Source of the DNA: Abditibacteriaceae bacterium
Lineage (GTDB): Bacteria > Armatimonadota > Abditibacteriia > Abditibacteriales > Abditibacteriaceae
Length of the DNA stretch: 64,000 nucleotides
Assembly: GCA_031425655.1 (NCBI GenBank)
Contig: JANPJS010000034.1
Span: 1-64,000 of the forward strand
Direction of reading: 5' to 3'
Part shown: positions 9,140-19,035 of the stretch, piece after piece
Position numbering within the stretch: the first letter of the stretch is position 1
Layout: each line of letters opens with the position of its first letter
Position numbers and translations under genes: made by a program
Notes under the pieces: generated by a model
What the model saw: the letters and a program-made list of their open reading frames with translations, nothing else
Database searches by the model: none
What the model was told of the DNA's origin: nothing

Positions 9140-11053
9140 TTACGGTTTATGTAACTGGCGTTGAGTTTCTATACCCTTGCCTTCCCGGATGGTAAGAGTC
9201 TGATTGGCGGGTAGGTTCTTCAAATGCGTCATGAGTCCAGAAGGCCAATGAATGATGAGTTGTGACACCGTTTTTGCATTTCCCAAACCCAGCGTCAGCG
9301 GCAGTTCGCTTTGTGACAAATAACTGGAGCCGCTTTTTACGCGGCGGCGCACAACCGTTTTTCCAAAAGTGACTTTGACCTCAGCACCAATAGCACTTCG
9401 GTTGCTTTTGCTGCCCTTCAGCGTGAGTCTCAAAAAATTGTTTTTATTGCCGCCATCGTTGCGCAACAGCATAGGCGCGGCGTTGAGCGTGGTCATCAGC
9501 ACATCCAAGTCGCCATCTAAGTCAATGTCGGCACAGGCTAAGCCGCGCCCCACGACCTCAGGTTGAGTGGCGCTGGTGCCGAATCCTATATCCTGAAACG
9601 GCTGACCCGGCCCGCGATTCCACAAGAGTAAAGGGCGCTCTTTATAAGTGAGAAAGGTGTCGCCGGTTGATGGGTTGTTTTCTATGTTGTCCTGCACATG
9701 GCCATTAGCCGTGAAAATATCGGGACGACCCTCATTATCTATGTCCACGAAAACGCAGCCGAATGTTGTGAAATAATCGCTGGGTTGAGTAATGCCCCAG
9801 TTTTTGGCTTTGTCTTCATAAAGCGTCGCTCCGGTGATTGGGTCAGAGCCTATCACTTGATAAAGCCCCAAATATTCGCGTGAAAAATTGCCGATAAGGA
9901 TGCTTTCATGGCCCGATTGATCGAAGTCCGCCGTGTCAATTCCCATACCCGCGCGCACTTTCCCTATGGGGTCGTAAACAACGCCCGATTGGGCGCCTTT
10001 CTCGGAAAAAGTGCCGTTGCGCTGATTCAGAAACAGAAAATTCGGCATTAGGTCATTAGCCACCAGCAAGTCAGGCCAGCCGTCTCGGTTTGAATCGCAC
10101 ACGGCGATGCCTAATCCATGTCCGGTTAAAGCCGTGGATTTCCCATTTTTCACAGTAGGCAATGTTGCAGAGATACCGGCTTTCTGTGAAACGTCGGCGA
10201 AGCGTCCCTGACCCAGATTTCGGTAGAGAAGGTTAGTTGCCGCCTCGTAAGAATTGGGGCCGTCATATACTTTGCCCAAGTCGGAAGTGGTGAACTGGAT
10301 TTCGCTTTCAGGCTTCCATTTCAAGTAGCGACAGACAAAAAGGTCGAGCCTGCCATCTTTATCGTAGTCAACCCATGCGGCGCTGCTGGTCCAGCCATTC
10401 CCTCGCACGCCCGCCGAAGTCGCTACTTCGCGGAAGACGGGCTGCTGCCCAGATTTGGATTCGTTATGAAACAAGTAGGCTCGTCCGAGCGAAGTGACAA
10501 ATAGATCAACACGCCCATCATTGTCGTAATCGCCTGCGGCACCGCCAAAGCCATACATTTCAACGGCTAAGCCGCTGTTATGCGTCACATCGCGGAAAGT
10601 GCCGTCGCGGTTGTTATGATAAAGAGCGCCCGTCGTGCGGCGGGCCGGCTTATTTGGCGGAAGATCGAAATTAAACTTTTCTTTATGGATTTTGCCCGGC
10701 CCATTTTTGTATTGCGCGATTTCCTGTTCCGTCCAATTCCGCGCATTGGCAAAGAAAATATCTTGGTAACCATCGTTATCGTAATCCAAGAAGACAGCGC
10801 CGCTGCCCAAGTTTTCAGGAATCCATTTCGCGCCAAAAGCCCCATTGTTGTGGACGAAGTTCAAGCCGCTCGTTTGAGTAACATCGAGAAATTTCACTGG
10901 CCCCGGCGGCACAAAAACCGGAGGGCTGCGCGTAGGTATGGGACGCGGCTCCAAAGCCAACTGGCGATCCTGCCACGAAAGAATCGTAAAAACGATTCCC
11001 GTAGCTATTCCGACAAGTCCGAGAAATTTTAAAAGGTTTTTGTAACGTGACAA
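9140..11053 (-). CDS. CRTAC1-family FG-GAP / ASPIC-UnbV protein
   Basis: DYDNDG repeats, SGSSYLSQSELPLTLGLG, WPSG; N-terminal TM segment; TTG 11053 preferred because 11092 lies inside a terminator stem. Confidence 0.88.
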   Translation of the reverse strand: MSRYKNLLKFLGLVGIATGIVFTILSWQDRQLALEPRPIPTRSPPVFVPPGPVKFLDVTQTSGLNFVHNNGAFGAKWIPENLGSGAVFLDYDNDGYQDIFFANARNWTEQEIAQYKNGPGKIHKEKFNFDLPPNKPARRTTGALYHNNRDGTFRDVTHNSGLAVEMYGFGGAAGDYDNDGRVDLFVTSLGRAYLFHNESKSGQQPVFREVATSAGVRGNGWTSSAAWVDYDKDGRLDLFVCRYLKWKPESEIQFTTSDLGKVYDGPNSYEAATNLLYRNLGQGRFADVSQKAGISATLPTVKNGKSTALTGHGLGIAVCDSNRDGWPDLLVANDLMPNFLFLNQRNGTFSEKGAQSGVVYDPIGKVRAGMGIDTADFDQSGHESILIGNFSREYLGLYQVIGSDPITGATLYEDKAKNWGITQPSDYFTTFGCVFVDIDNEGRPDIFTANGHVQDNIENNPSTGDTFLTYKERPLLLWNRGPGQPFQDIGFGTSATQPEVVGRGLACADIDLDGDLDVLMTTLNAAPMLLRNDGGNKNNFLRLTLKGSKSNRSAIGAEVKVTFGKTVVRRRVKSGSSYLSQSELPLTLGLGNAKTVSQLIIHWPSGLMTHLKNLPANQTLTIREGKGIETQRQLHKP

Positions 11054-11078
11054 TGTGATTTTGCTTTCTTCCAATAAC

Positions 11079-11113
11079 AAAAGAGCAGGCAAGTAAAACT
11101 TGCCTGCTCTTTT
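11079..11113. terminator. Intrinsic terminator-like hairpin
   Basis: aaaagagcaggcaagt / acttgcctgctctttt. Confidence 0.7.
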
Positions 11114-11155
11114 GCTTTTACCGTGAACTGCGCTGTTTTTAGGCGGTGTCAGGAG

Positions 11156-11947
11156 TTAGTTATACTTTTTGTCAACCGCGTCCATGCAATCCGTCAGGTT
11201 GGTTTCGGGCAAGTCGCAGTTGATGCGGTTGGCGCCATCGAAGGCGGCGCCACAGGCATTGCCATTGGCCTTGCCCCACTGGTTGAAGGGGCCGGCTGTT
11301 ACCGAAGCGCGCTGCGATTTGACGTGACCGTCAATGTAAAGCAGGTTCATCTGACCCAGATGCCCGGCCCATACGCGGTTTACCGCAGTGCCAGCATTCC
11401 ATTCGGGCTTGTGGAAGGTTCGGTCCTTATCGGTGTATTCGAGGACGATTATCTTCTGGGAAGGCTTTTGCACGTCGGCAATGCTCATCGACACAACATA
11501 GTCGCCGATTAGATTCTGGTTGTTGACGTAGGACGTGTTAATGGCCGGCGTATCGGGCGTCGCGTTGTCCGAGAGGACATTTTTCGACGGATTGGAAGGG
11601 CAGACAAACAACTGTGCACTCTTTATATACGGGTGGAGTTTTTGCCTCCACGATTTACGCGTTTCAAGTTCCGCAGGCGTGGTGCCATTGTTACGCTCTT
11701 CTCCATTCCACTGCGAGCCACCTCGCGCCGGGAACGATTCGTCGTAATCCTGCGTGTATTGGGCGAAGCCAAGACCGATTTGCTTCAGGTTGTTGGCGCA
11801 AGACGATTTGCGCGCGTTTTCGCGCGCTCGTGCGAAAACGGGGAAGAGAATGGCAGCGAGCAATGCGATAATCGCTATAACGACCAAGAGTTCAATCAGG
11901 GTAAAGGCTTTGCGCGTGCTTCCCTGCGTGCGACGGATGCTAATCAT
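11156..11947 (-). CDS. DUF1559 / prepilin-type N-methylation protein (copy 2)
   Basis: Near-identical N-terminus to 7793..8551; [15 protein letters not shown]. Confidence 0.92.
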   Translation of the reverse strand: MISIRRTQGSTRKAFTLIELLVVIAIIALLAAILFPVFARARENARKSSCANNLKQIGLGFAQYTQDYDESFPARGGSQWNGEERNNGTTPAELETRKSWRQKLHPYIKSAQLFVCPSNPSKNVLSDNATPDTPAINTSYVNNQNLIGDYVVSMSIADVQKPSQKIIVLEYTDKDRTFHKPEWNAGTAVNRVWAGHLGQMNLLYIDGHVKSQRASVTAGPFNQWGKANGNACGAAFDGANRINCDLPETNLTDCMDAVDKKYN

Positions 11948-12147
11948 GAATTTGTCCTGTGCTTCGTGGCGTTTTCGCCGACGGCTGAAATAGCCTGCGG
12001 CGGCCTAAATAACTGTCTAAGTATGAGTATGGTTAATAATACAAAGTTTCAAACGCGAGGCACCATAATTTTAAATCGGTTGATACAGAGGCATTACTTT
12101 GTATCTTCTCTGCAAAAATGTTGGCGCTGCGCGATAATAAAGGCTTC

Positions 12148-13335
12148 GTGAAACCTTTACGCATTCTCGTGACGGGCGGCGGCAGCGCCGGACACATCAG
12201 CCCGGCGTTGGCCATCATTCAGACACTTCAGGAAATTTCCGAAACACCGCCGCAGTTTCTTTATTTAGGCGGTCGGCACGGCTTGGAAGAAGAGCAGGCG
12301 AAGCGCGCCGGACTGGCTTTCGTCGGCGTGGAAACCGGGAAGCTGCGCCGCTATTTTAGCTGGCAGAATTTCACTGACCTGGCGCGAGTTCCCGTTGGCG
12401 TGTGGCAATCGCTGCGCGCGGTGCGCCGCTTTCGGCCCGATGTCGTGGTGTCAACGGGCGGCTATGTCAGCGTGCCGCCGGTCGTGGCGGCGCGTTTGTT
12501 GGGCATTCCTATTCTGATTCACGAGCAAACCGTGCAAGTCGGGCTGGCCAATCGCATTGCGGCGCGCTGCGCGACGAAAATCGCACTCAGTTGGGAAAGC
12601 GCAATGGCGGATCTAAGTCCTGCGCTGCAAAGCAAAGCCTTTGTGGCTGGGAATCCAATTCGCTCGGCGGTATTTGGCGGCTCGCGCGAAGACGCGGCGC
12701 GGATTTTCAACTTCGATGCGCGCGATGCCCATTTGCCGGCGCTTTACATTACCGGCGGCAGTCAGGGCGCACGAGTTATCAATCGCGCCGTCGAAGCGGC
12801 GCTGCCCGAACTGTTGAAAATGTGCCGCGTGATTCATCAGTGCGGCCAGCAGCCGGACGGGCAGGAGCAGGATTTCGAGCGGCTCGAAGCGGCAGCAAAG
12901 GCTTTGTCGCCCGAATTAGCGCGCCGTTATCGCTGCGAACGCTTCATTCGTGAAGAAATCAATCACGTTTTCGCGTGGGCCGATTTGGTTCTCAGCCGCG
13001 CCGGAGCGGGCACGGTTTCGGAATTATGCGCGCTTGGCAAACCTGCGCTTTATGTTCCCCTCGTGCCGACCGGCGGCGACGAGCAAACGCGCAACGCGCA
13101 AATGTGCGAAGCCATCGGCGCCGCGAAAATCATCCGCCAAAGCGAACTAAGCGCCGAAAAATTGCTTCAAGAAGTGCCGCTGCTGTTGAATAACGGCCCC
13201 CAATTAGCGAAGATGAGCGCCGCCGCGCTGACTTTAGCCAAACCCAACGCGGCGCACGTGTTGGCGCAGAATATTTTAGAACTGGCCTCTCGCAAAGACG
13301 CAAAGTCGCAAAGAAGCCCGCCAACCGCAAAGTGA
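12148..13335 (+). CDS. murG: Lipid II N-acetylglucosamine transferase MurG
   Basis: TGGGSAGHISPA, GGYVSVP, HEQ, GNPIR, GGSQGA and RAGAGT motifs; GTG start at 12148. Confidence 0.93.
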   Translation: MKPLRILVTGGGSAGHISPALAIIQTLQEISETPPQFLYLGGRHGLEEEQAKRAGLAFVGVETGKLRRYFSWQNFTDLARVPVGVWQSLRAVRRFRPDVVVSTGGYVSVPPVVAARLLGIPILIHEQTVQVGLANRIAARCATKIALSWESAMADLSPALQSKAFVAGNPIRSAVFGGSREDAARIFNFDARDAHLPALYITGGSQGARVINRAVEAALPELLKMCRVIHQCGQQPDGQEQDFERLEAAAKALSPELARRYRCERFIREEINHVFAWADLVLSRAGAGTVSELCALGKPALYVPLVPTGGDEQTRNAQMCEAIGAAKIIRQSELSAEKLLQEVPLLLNNGPQLAKMSAAALTLAKPNAAHVLAQNILELASRKDAKSQRSPPTAK

Positions 13336-13399
13336 TTTTCTGCCGACAATCGGTCAGGTTTTCTCAGCGGCTTCTTTGCGACTTTGCGTCTTTGCGAGA
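13288..13399. repeat. Tandem (CGCAAAGA)-type inverted-repeat element
   Basis: 31-bp perfect IR tctcgcaaagacgcaaagtcgcaaagaagcc / ggcttctttgcgactttgcgtctttgcgaga; left arm lies inside the murG 3' end. Confidence 0.9.
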
Positions 13400-13415
13400 G
13401 ATTAAAAAGGAAACT

Positions 13416-14534
13416 ATGCAAGACCCACGAATCGAAAAATTAGCGCATCTGCTGGCGACGCACTCGTGCCAACTGACCAAAGGCGACAACGTCCTCATCG
13501 AAGCCTTCGACGTGCCCGAAGCGATGACCGTCGCCCTGATTCGCGCCGTGCAGGACGCGGGCGCCACGCCGATGGTCAATCTGCGTCAAGGGCCGGTTTC
13601 GCGCGCATTAATGATGGGCATGACCGAAAAAGGCGCCAAGCTCGCCACTAAAATTGCGATGGAGCAAACCAAAAAGGCCGACGCTTACATCGCGGTGCGC
13701 GGCGCCAACAACACGGCGGAAATGGCTGACGTGCCCGCCGAAAAACTGAAAATCTTTTCCGCTAACGGTGGCCATGATGTGTTGATGCATCGCGTCAATC
13801 ATACGCGTTGGGTGGTGCTTCGCTATCCGTCGCCTTCGATGGCCCAGGACGCGCAAATGTCCACCGAAGCCTTCGAGGAGTTCTTTTTTCAGGTTTGCAC
13901 CATGGATTACGACAAAATGCGCCGCGCCTGCGAGCCATTGGTCGAATTGATGGAGAAAACCAACAAAGTTCACATCACCGGGCCGGGCACCGACTTGAAG
14001 TTTTCGATCAAAGGCATTCCCGCGATTCCTTGTTTTGGCGAGCGCAACATTCCCGACGGCGAATGCTTTACGGCTCCGGTGCGCGATAGCGTGCAAGGCC
14101 AGATTACTTTCACGGCACCGACGTTGGAACATGGGATCACGCACGAAAACGTCTGCCTGAAATTCAAAAAGGGCAAGATTATCGAGGCGACTTCGAGCAA
14201 CACGGAAAAGCTCAACGAAACTCTAAACCGCGATGAAGGCGCGCGTTATATCGGCGAGTTCTCACTCGGTTTCAATCCGTATATCGTCAAGCCGATGAAA
14301 GACATTTTGTTCGATGAAAAGATCGCCGGCTCTTTCCACTTCACGCCCGGTCAGGCTTACGAAGTGGCTGATAACGGCAATCGCAGCGAAGTGCACTGGG
14401 ACATGGTGTGCATCCAACGCCCCGATTTCGGCGGCGGCGAAATTTACTTCGACGGCAAGCTGATTCGCAAAGACGGCCTCTTCGTCGTGCCCGAACTCGA
14501 AGCCTTGAACCCGGAGAAATTGAAGGGTGCGTAA
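13416..14534 (+). CDS. Aminopeptidase, M29 (AmpS/PepS-like) family
   Basis: MQDPRIEKLA, NIPDGECFTAP, GEFSLG, LFDEKI, HFTPG and SEVHWDMV motifs; AAGGA RBS. Confidence 0.92.
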   Translation: MQDPRIEKLAHLLATHSCQLTKGDNVLIEAFDVPEAMTVALIRAVQDAGATPMVNLRQGPVSRALMMGMTEKGAKLATKIAMEQTKKADAYIAVRGANNTAEMADVPAEKLKIFSANGGHDVLMHRVNHTRWVVLRYPSPSMAQDAQMSTEAFEEFFFQVCTMDYDKMRRACEPLVELMEKTNKVHITGPGTDLKFSIKGIPAIPCFGERNIPDGECFTAPVRDSVQGQITFTAPTLEHGITHENVCLKFKKGKIIEATSSNTEKLNETLNRDEGARYIGEFSLGFNPYIVKPMKDILFDEKIAGSFHFTPGQAYEVADNGNRSEVHWDMVCIQRPDFGGGEIYFDGKLIRKDGLFVVPELEALNPEKLKGA

Positions 14535-14539
14535 ACACC

Positions 14540-15598
14540 ATGAACAAGCTGCCGTCGTTCGAGCAAATCGAAATTGTCATTCCCGATGCAGAAGCGAGGT
14601 GCGCTCCTCGGTCGCTGATGTGGCATGGCGATACGTTAATAGATCGGGCAGGAGGCGGCACTTTCGGACTCGACGGCAAAATCGGACGCACAATTAACGA
14701 GTTTGGACACACGGTGAGTGGCTATGGGTATCGCTTTAATAGCGCCGTGTCGTCGCCATCCGGCAGATATGCGGTCATTTATGAGAGAAGGGGCACCAAA
14801 GGGATAATACTGCGCGATGGGGAATTCCTCCGCGAGATTAACCGCAGTTATTATCATTCCGATGTTTACGATTTTCCTGTCCTGCTGATTACGTTGCCGG
14901 ACGGACGTGAGGTCATCGTTCACTGTCCCGAAGCATACTGCGAACTGCAAATTGAGGAATTGGAAACCGGCCATCGTCTGACAGAGCGCAGGAACAAGCC
15001 GCAGGATTTCTTTTATTCTCGTCTTGCGGCGAATCCATCCGGCACGCGCTTTCTCAGCGCCGGGTGGATATGGCACCCGTTTGATGCGGTCTTACTTTTC
15101 GAAACTGAAGTTGTTTTGCGCGAACCGGCGTTGCTGGATAATGAGCAGCATTGGCAGTTTCGTGATTGCAGCAGCAGTATTAACAGCGCCTGTTTTCTGG
15201 ATGACGACCGCGTTATTCTCTACAGCGATGCCGAGGCCGACGACTTTCACGATGATGATTTAGAGGAAGAGCGTGCCCGCCGTATAACTCCCGGCACGAT
15301 TAGCGTTTTCAATTTGCAAACCCAAAAATACGAATCCATTGTGCCTGTTACCGAAACCATCGGCACGCTCATGCCGGTCGGAAAGACCCACGCAGTTGGC
15401 TTTTATGGGCATCCGAAATTGATTGATTTAGCCACCGGAACTATCGTGCATCGCTGGCCTGATTTGGCAACCGGGAAGCAAAACAGCAGCATCCACCGTG
15501 AGGAATTGCCACCGTTGGCTATTGATGCTACTCATGCGCGTTTTGCGGTCGCCGGAGCATCCGGCATTAGCGTCGTTACGTTGCAGATTTCAGCTTGA
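14540..15598 (+). CDS. Hypothetical protein, possibly beta-propeller-like
   Basis: 352-codon ORF starting 5 bp after the aminopeptidase stop; SPSGRYAV and NPSGTRFLSAGW repeats. Confidence 0.7.
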   Translation: MNKLPSFEQIEIVIPDAEARCAPRSLMWHGDTLIDRAGGGTFGLDGKIGRTINEFGHTVSGYGYRFNSAVSSPSGRYAVIYERRGTKGIILRDGEFLREINRSYYHSDVYDFPVLLITLPDGREVIVHCPEAYCELQIEELETGHRLTERRNKPQDFFYSRLAANPSGTRFLSAGWIWHPFDAVLLFETEVVLREPALLDNEQHWQFRDCSSSINSACFLDDDRVILYSDAEADDFHDDDLEEERARRITPGTISVFNLQTQKYESIVPVTETIGTLMPVGKTHAVGFYGHPKLIDLATGTIVHRWPDLATGKQNSSIHREELPPLAIDATHARFAVAGASGISVVTLQISA

Positions 15599-15618
15599 AC
15601 ACACTCGAATGAGAAATC

Positions 15619-15788
15619 TTAGAAGCAGTCTAAAAGTGCCAATCGCGGCTAAAAATGGGAGGAGAGTCATTCTGAGCTTGCGAAGAATCTCGGCGTTTTC
15701 GCACTTATAAGCGCCGAGATTCTTCGCAAGCTCAGAATGACAACGCCCTTTGCTGGACTCCGTGCATGACTTTTCAGACTGCTTCTAA
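15619..15788. mobile_element. MITE-like shell (TTAGAAGCAGTCT..AAAAGT ends) enclosing a 30-bp perfect REP-like palindrome
   Basis: Outer IR 15619-15637 / 15769-15788; inner IR gtcattctgagcttgcgaagaatctcggcg at 15666-15695 / 15712-15741. Confidence 0.75.
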
Positions 15789-15825
15789 AACGAAAAGGAC
15801 GAGCCGCAGGCTCGTCCTTTTCGTT
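15789..15825. terminator. Bidirectional intrinsic terminator
   Basis: aacgaaaaggacgagcc-gca-ggctcgtccttttcgtt between convergent genes. Confidence 0.8.
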
Positions 15826-15837
15826 GGCGCGACCGCG

Positions 15838-18717
15838 TTAATTTGGTTCGGATTTTAGCGGTTTGCCTTCGTCGTCCAACAGCGTCAGCGTGGTGCCGAG
15901 GCTTTCGAGCGAACGCAAGCCGGGTTCGATGGTTTTGCGGTCGCCGACGATGAGAACCGCCATCTTCGACGGATCGAGATATTTGTCGGCGACACGTCTC
16001 ACGTCGTCCGCAGTTACGGCGCGCACCTTTTGAATCACGGTGTTGAAATAATCGTCGGGCAGGCCGTAAATCACCACGTCTTGAAGGCGCCCGGCGATTT
16101 GCCCCGGCGTCTCAAAACCCGACGGATAAGCGCGGATGATGTATTGTTTGGCGAATTCGACCTCGTTTTCCGTCAGGGGAATCGCGCCGCGAATGCCGCC
16201 CAATTCTTTGAGAGTCTCAACGAGGGCTTCTTTCGTGACGGCAGTTTGCACGCCCGCACTGGCCGCGAACGGCCCGGCGCCGCGCCGCATATCGAAATAA
16301 GTGAAGGCGCCGTAGCTGTAGCCTTTGGCCTCGCGCAGGTTCATGTTCAATCTCGACGTGAATTGCCCGCCTAAAATCGCATTCATCACGCGCAGCGGGA
16401 AATAATCGGGGTTGGAACGCGGCACGCCGACTTGACCGACGGTTATCACCGACTGCGCCGCGCCGGGCTTGTCCACCAAATAAAGCGTGCTTTGCGTGCG
16501 TGCCCCCGGCGTGGAAACCTCGGTTGGCGACACGTCGGCGCGTTGCCATGCGCCGAAAGCGCGTTCCAGAGCCGGAAGCAGCGTGTCCGGCTGCACGTCG
16601 CCGACCACGATCAGCGTTGCGTTGTTCGGACGATAATTCGTCTCGTAGAAGCGGCGCACGTCGGCGATTTGCAGGGCTTTTGTCGAGGCTTCGTCGCCGA
16701 TAGTCGAGTGGCCATACGGATGATCGTTGCCGTAAAGCAGTCGCGCGTAAACGTCTTCGGCGATGGATTCGGCATCATCTTTCTGTTGTTCCAACGAGGC
16801 CAGACGGCGGGCGCGCAAGCGTTCCAGTTCGGCAGTTGCAAAGGCAGGATTCAAAATTACGTCCGCGAAAACACCAAGTGCTTGATCCATGTGGCGTGTG
16901 AGCGTCGTCATGGTCGCGCTGCTGCTGTCCCAACCGGCGCCCACGCCAAGACGCGAGCCGATGGACGACATTTCGTTGGAAATATCCAGCGACGAGCGCG
17001 TTTTTGTGCCTTCATCGAGCATATCGGCGGTTAAAGTCGCCAATCCGGTGCGCTCTTTCGGGTCGGCACTGGCGCCGCTTTTGACCACTAAATCCATGCT
17101 GACAACCGGCAATTCGTGATGCTCGACAATCAGCACTTCCAAGCCGTTGGCCAAACGCCGCCGCTGAATCTGCGGTAGTTTCAAACTGGGGTCGGGCTGC
17201 GGTTTGGGCATTTCGTAAAGCCCTCCGGTTTTGCCTGCGCTGCTGGAAACCTCCAATGCCGGCTTGGCCGCGACGGCGGGAGGCGGCGCCTGCGGCTGCG
17301 TTACAGTCGGCGACGCAAGAGGCGGTTGAGCCGGCGCGGGATTGGCCGCCGGCTTCGCGGTTTTCGACAATGGCAGCACGCTGAGAGCTAACTTTTTGTC
17401 GGTTAAATACGCCTTCGCCACGCGCTGCACATCGGCGGGCGTGACGCGACGATAACGCGCCAAATCCTGCTCGGCGTAGCCGGGATTATTGAGAAATGTG
17501 GCGTAGGAATTGAGTTGGTCGGCCTTGCCGCGCACAGTTTGCAGGCCGTAAATAAACGACGATTCGATGGTGTTGTAAGCGCGCTCCATTTCGTCGGCGT
17601 TCGGAGGAGCGGTTTTCAGCTTTGCCAGTTCTTCGTTGATGGCGCTTTCCAGTTCAGCGATGGTTTTTCCGGGTTTGGCCGTGGCGATGATTGTGAATTC
17701 TCCGGCCAATTCGCGCGAACCGTTGAAAGCCGACACGTCCTGCGCGATTTGCCGGTCATAGACCAGCGATTTGTAAAGGCGCGAACCTTTGCCGTTGACC
17801 ATGACGTAAGCCAACATATCGAGCGCGGCGTCGTCGGGCGCGAATTGCGGGACGGTGTGCCAGTCGAGATACAGTCGTGGCAGTGACACGCGGTCTTCCA
17901 TTGTCTGGCGGATTTCGCGGTCAAGCTTTGGCCGCGGCGCTTTAACCGGCTTGATTTTTGGCCCGCCGGGCAAGGGCGCGAAATATTTTTCAACCCACTG
18001 GCGAGCCTGCGCCGGTTGGAAGTCGCCCGCGATGACGAGGCTGGCATTATTCGGCGTGTAATAACGGCGGAAAAAGTCTTTGACTTCGCCCATCGAAGCG
18101 CCGGTTACGTCGTCGAGCGAGCCGATAGTGAGCCAGTGATACGGATGTGTTTTCGGATACATCGTCTCGGCGATTTTGGCCCAGACTTGTCCGTAAGGCT
18201 GATTATCGTAGTTTTGGCGCTTCTCGTTTTTCACGACTTCGCGCTGGTTGTTGAGCTTGGTTTCGGTCATCGCGTCGGGCAAATAGCCCATGCGGTCGCT
18301 TTCGAGCCATAAGGCCAGTTCGAGAAAATTGGCCGGGACGGTTTCAAAATAGTTGGTGCGGTCGGTGTTGGTAGTGCCGTTAATCGAGCCGCCCGCTTGC
18401 TGCAAAGGCTTGAAAAAATCGTCGTCGTGGTGCTTCGAGCCTTGAAACATCAAATGCTCAAACAAGTGCGCGAAGCCTGTGCGTCCCGGCACTTCATTTT
18501 TGGAGCCGACATGATACCATATGTTGGTCGTCACGAGCGGCGCCGAATGGTCTTCGTGCAAAATGACGCGCAGGCCATTTTTGAGGCGATATTGCTCGAA
18601 GCGCAACGGCGGCAGCGGCGCGCTTGGCGGCGTTTTGGCTTGGACAGTGTTGGGAAGCGTTATCAGAACTGTGAGAGCAAGCGGCCACAGGCCTTTTCGA
18701 GGTCGTTGAATGTTCAT
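15838..18717 (-). CDS. Secreted M16-family (pitrilysin/PqqL-like) zinc peptidase
   Basis: GFAHLFEHLMF (HxxEH) motif, two M16 halves, signal peptide; start MNIQR at 18717. Confidence 0.92.
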   Translation of the reverse strand: MNIQRPRKGLWPLALTVLITLPNTVQAKTPPSAPLPPLRFEQYRLKNGLRVILHEDHSAPLVTTNIWYHVGSKNEVPGRTGFAHLFEHLMFQGSKHHDDDFFKPLQQAGGSINGTTNTDRTNYFETVPANFLELALWLESDRMGYLPDAMTETKLNNQREVVKNEKRQNYDNQPYGQVWAKIAETMYPKTHPYHWLTIGSLDDVTGASMGEVKDFFRRYYTPNNASLVIAGDFQPAQARQWVEKYFAPLPGGPKIKPVKAPRPKLDREIRQTMEDRVSLPRLYLDWHTVPQFAPDDAALDMLAYVMVNGKGSRLYKSLVYDRQIAQDVSAFNGSRELAGEFTIIATAKPGKTIAELESAINEELAKLKTAPPNADEMERAYNTIESSFIYGLQTVRGKADQLNSYATFLNNPGYAEQDLARYRRVTPADVQRVAKAYLTDKKLALSVLPLSKTAKPAANPAPAQPPLASPTVTQPQAPPPAVAAKPALEVSSSAGKTGGLYEMPKPQPDPSLKLPQIQRRRLANGLEVLIVEHHELPVVSMDLVVKSGASADPKERTGLATLTADMLDEGTKTRSSLDISNEMSSIGSRLGVGAGWDSSSATMTTLTRHMDQALGVFADVILNPAFATAELERLRARRLASLEQQKDDAESIAEDVYARLLYGNDHPYGHSTIGDEASTKALQIADVRRFYETNYRPNNATLIVVGDVQPDTLLPALERAFGAWQRADVSPTEVSTPGARTQSTLYLVDKPGAAQSVITVGQVGVPRSNPDYFPLRVMNAILGGQFTSRLNMNLREAKGYSYGAFTYFDMRRGAGPFAASAGVQTAVTKEALVETLKELGGIRGAIPLTENEVEFAKQYIIRAYPSGFETPGQIAGRLQDVVIYGLPDDYFNTVIQKVRAVTADDVRRVADKYLDPSKMAVLIVGDRKTIEPGLRSLESLGTTLTLLDDEGKPLKSEPN

Positions 18718-18867
18718 ATAAATCTCCGGGTTGGAATGGGAATCGGGTTGCCAATTGAAGCCCGCCGCAATTCTGCGACCGGCGTCGCACCGACGCGCGA
18801 GCAAAATCGCGGTTGCCGATGCGTTGTGCGGCTTCGCGCTCACGTCGCAGGTCGCCTTAATACCTAA

Positions 18868-19028
18868 CCCAAGTTGCTACCTATTAGCCCGGCGATTGAA
18901 ATCGCGGCCAACTAAGCAGCGAAGTCCGCCTTCGCGGACTAAAAACAAAGATTTTAGTCGCCGTAGGGCGACTTTGCCGCTTGGTTGCCGCGAATTTATT
19001 CGCCAGACTTGATAGGTAGCAACTTGGG
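18868..19028. mobile_element. MITE with 17-bp TIR CCCAAGTTGCTACCTAT, 11-bp target-site duplication and a REP-like interior
   Basis: Direct repeat ttaatacctaa at 18857-18867 and 19029-19039; interior homologous to 6002-6126. Confidence 0.88.
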
Positions 19029-19035
19029 TTAATAC

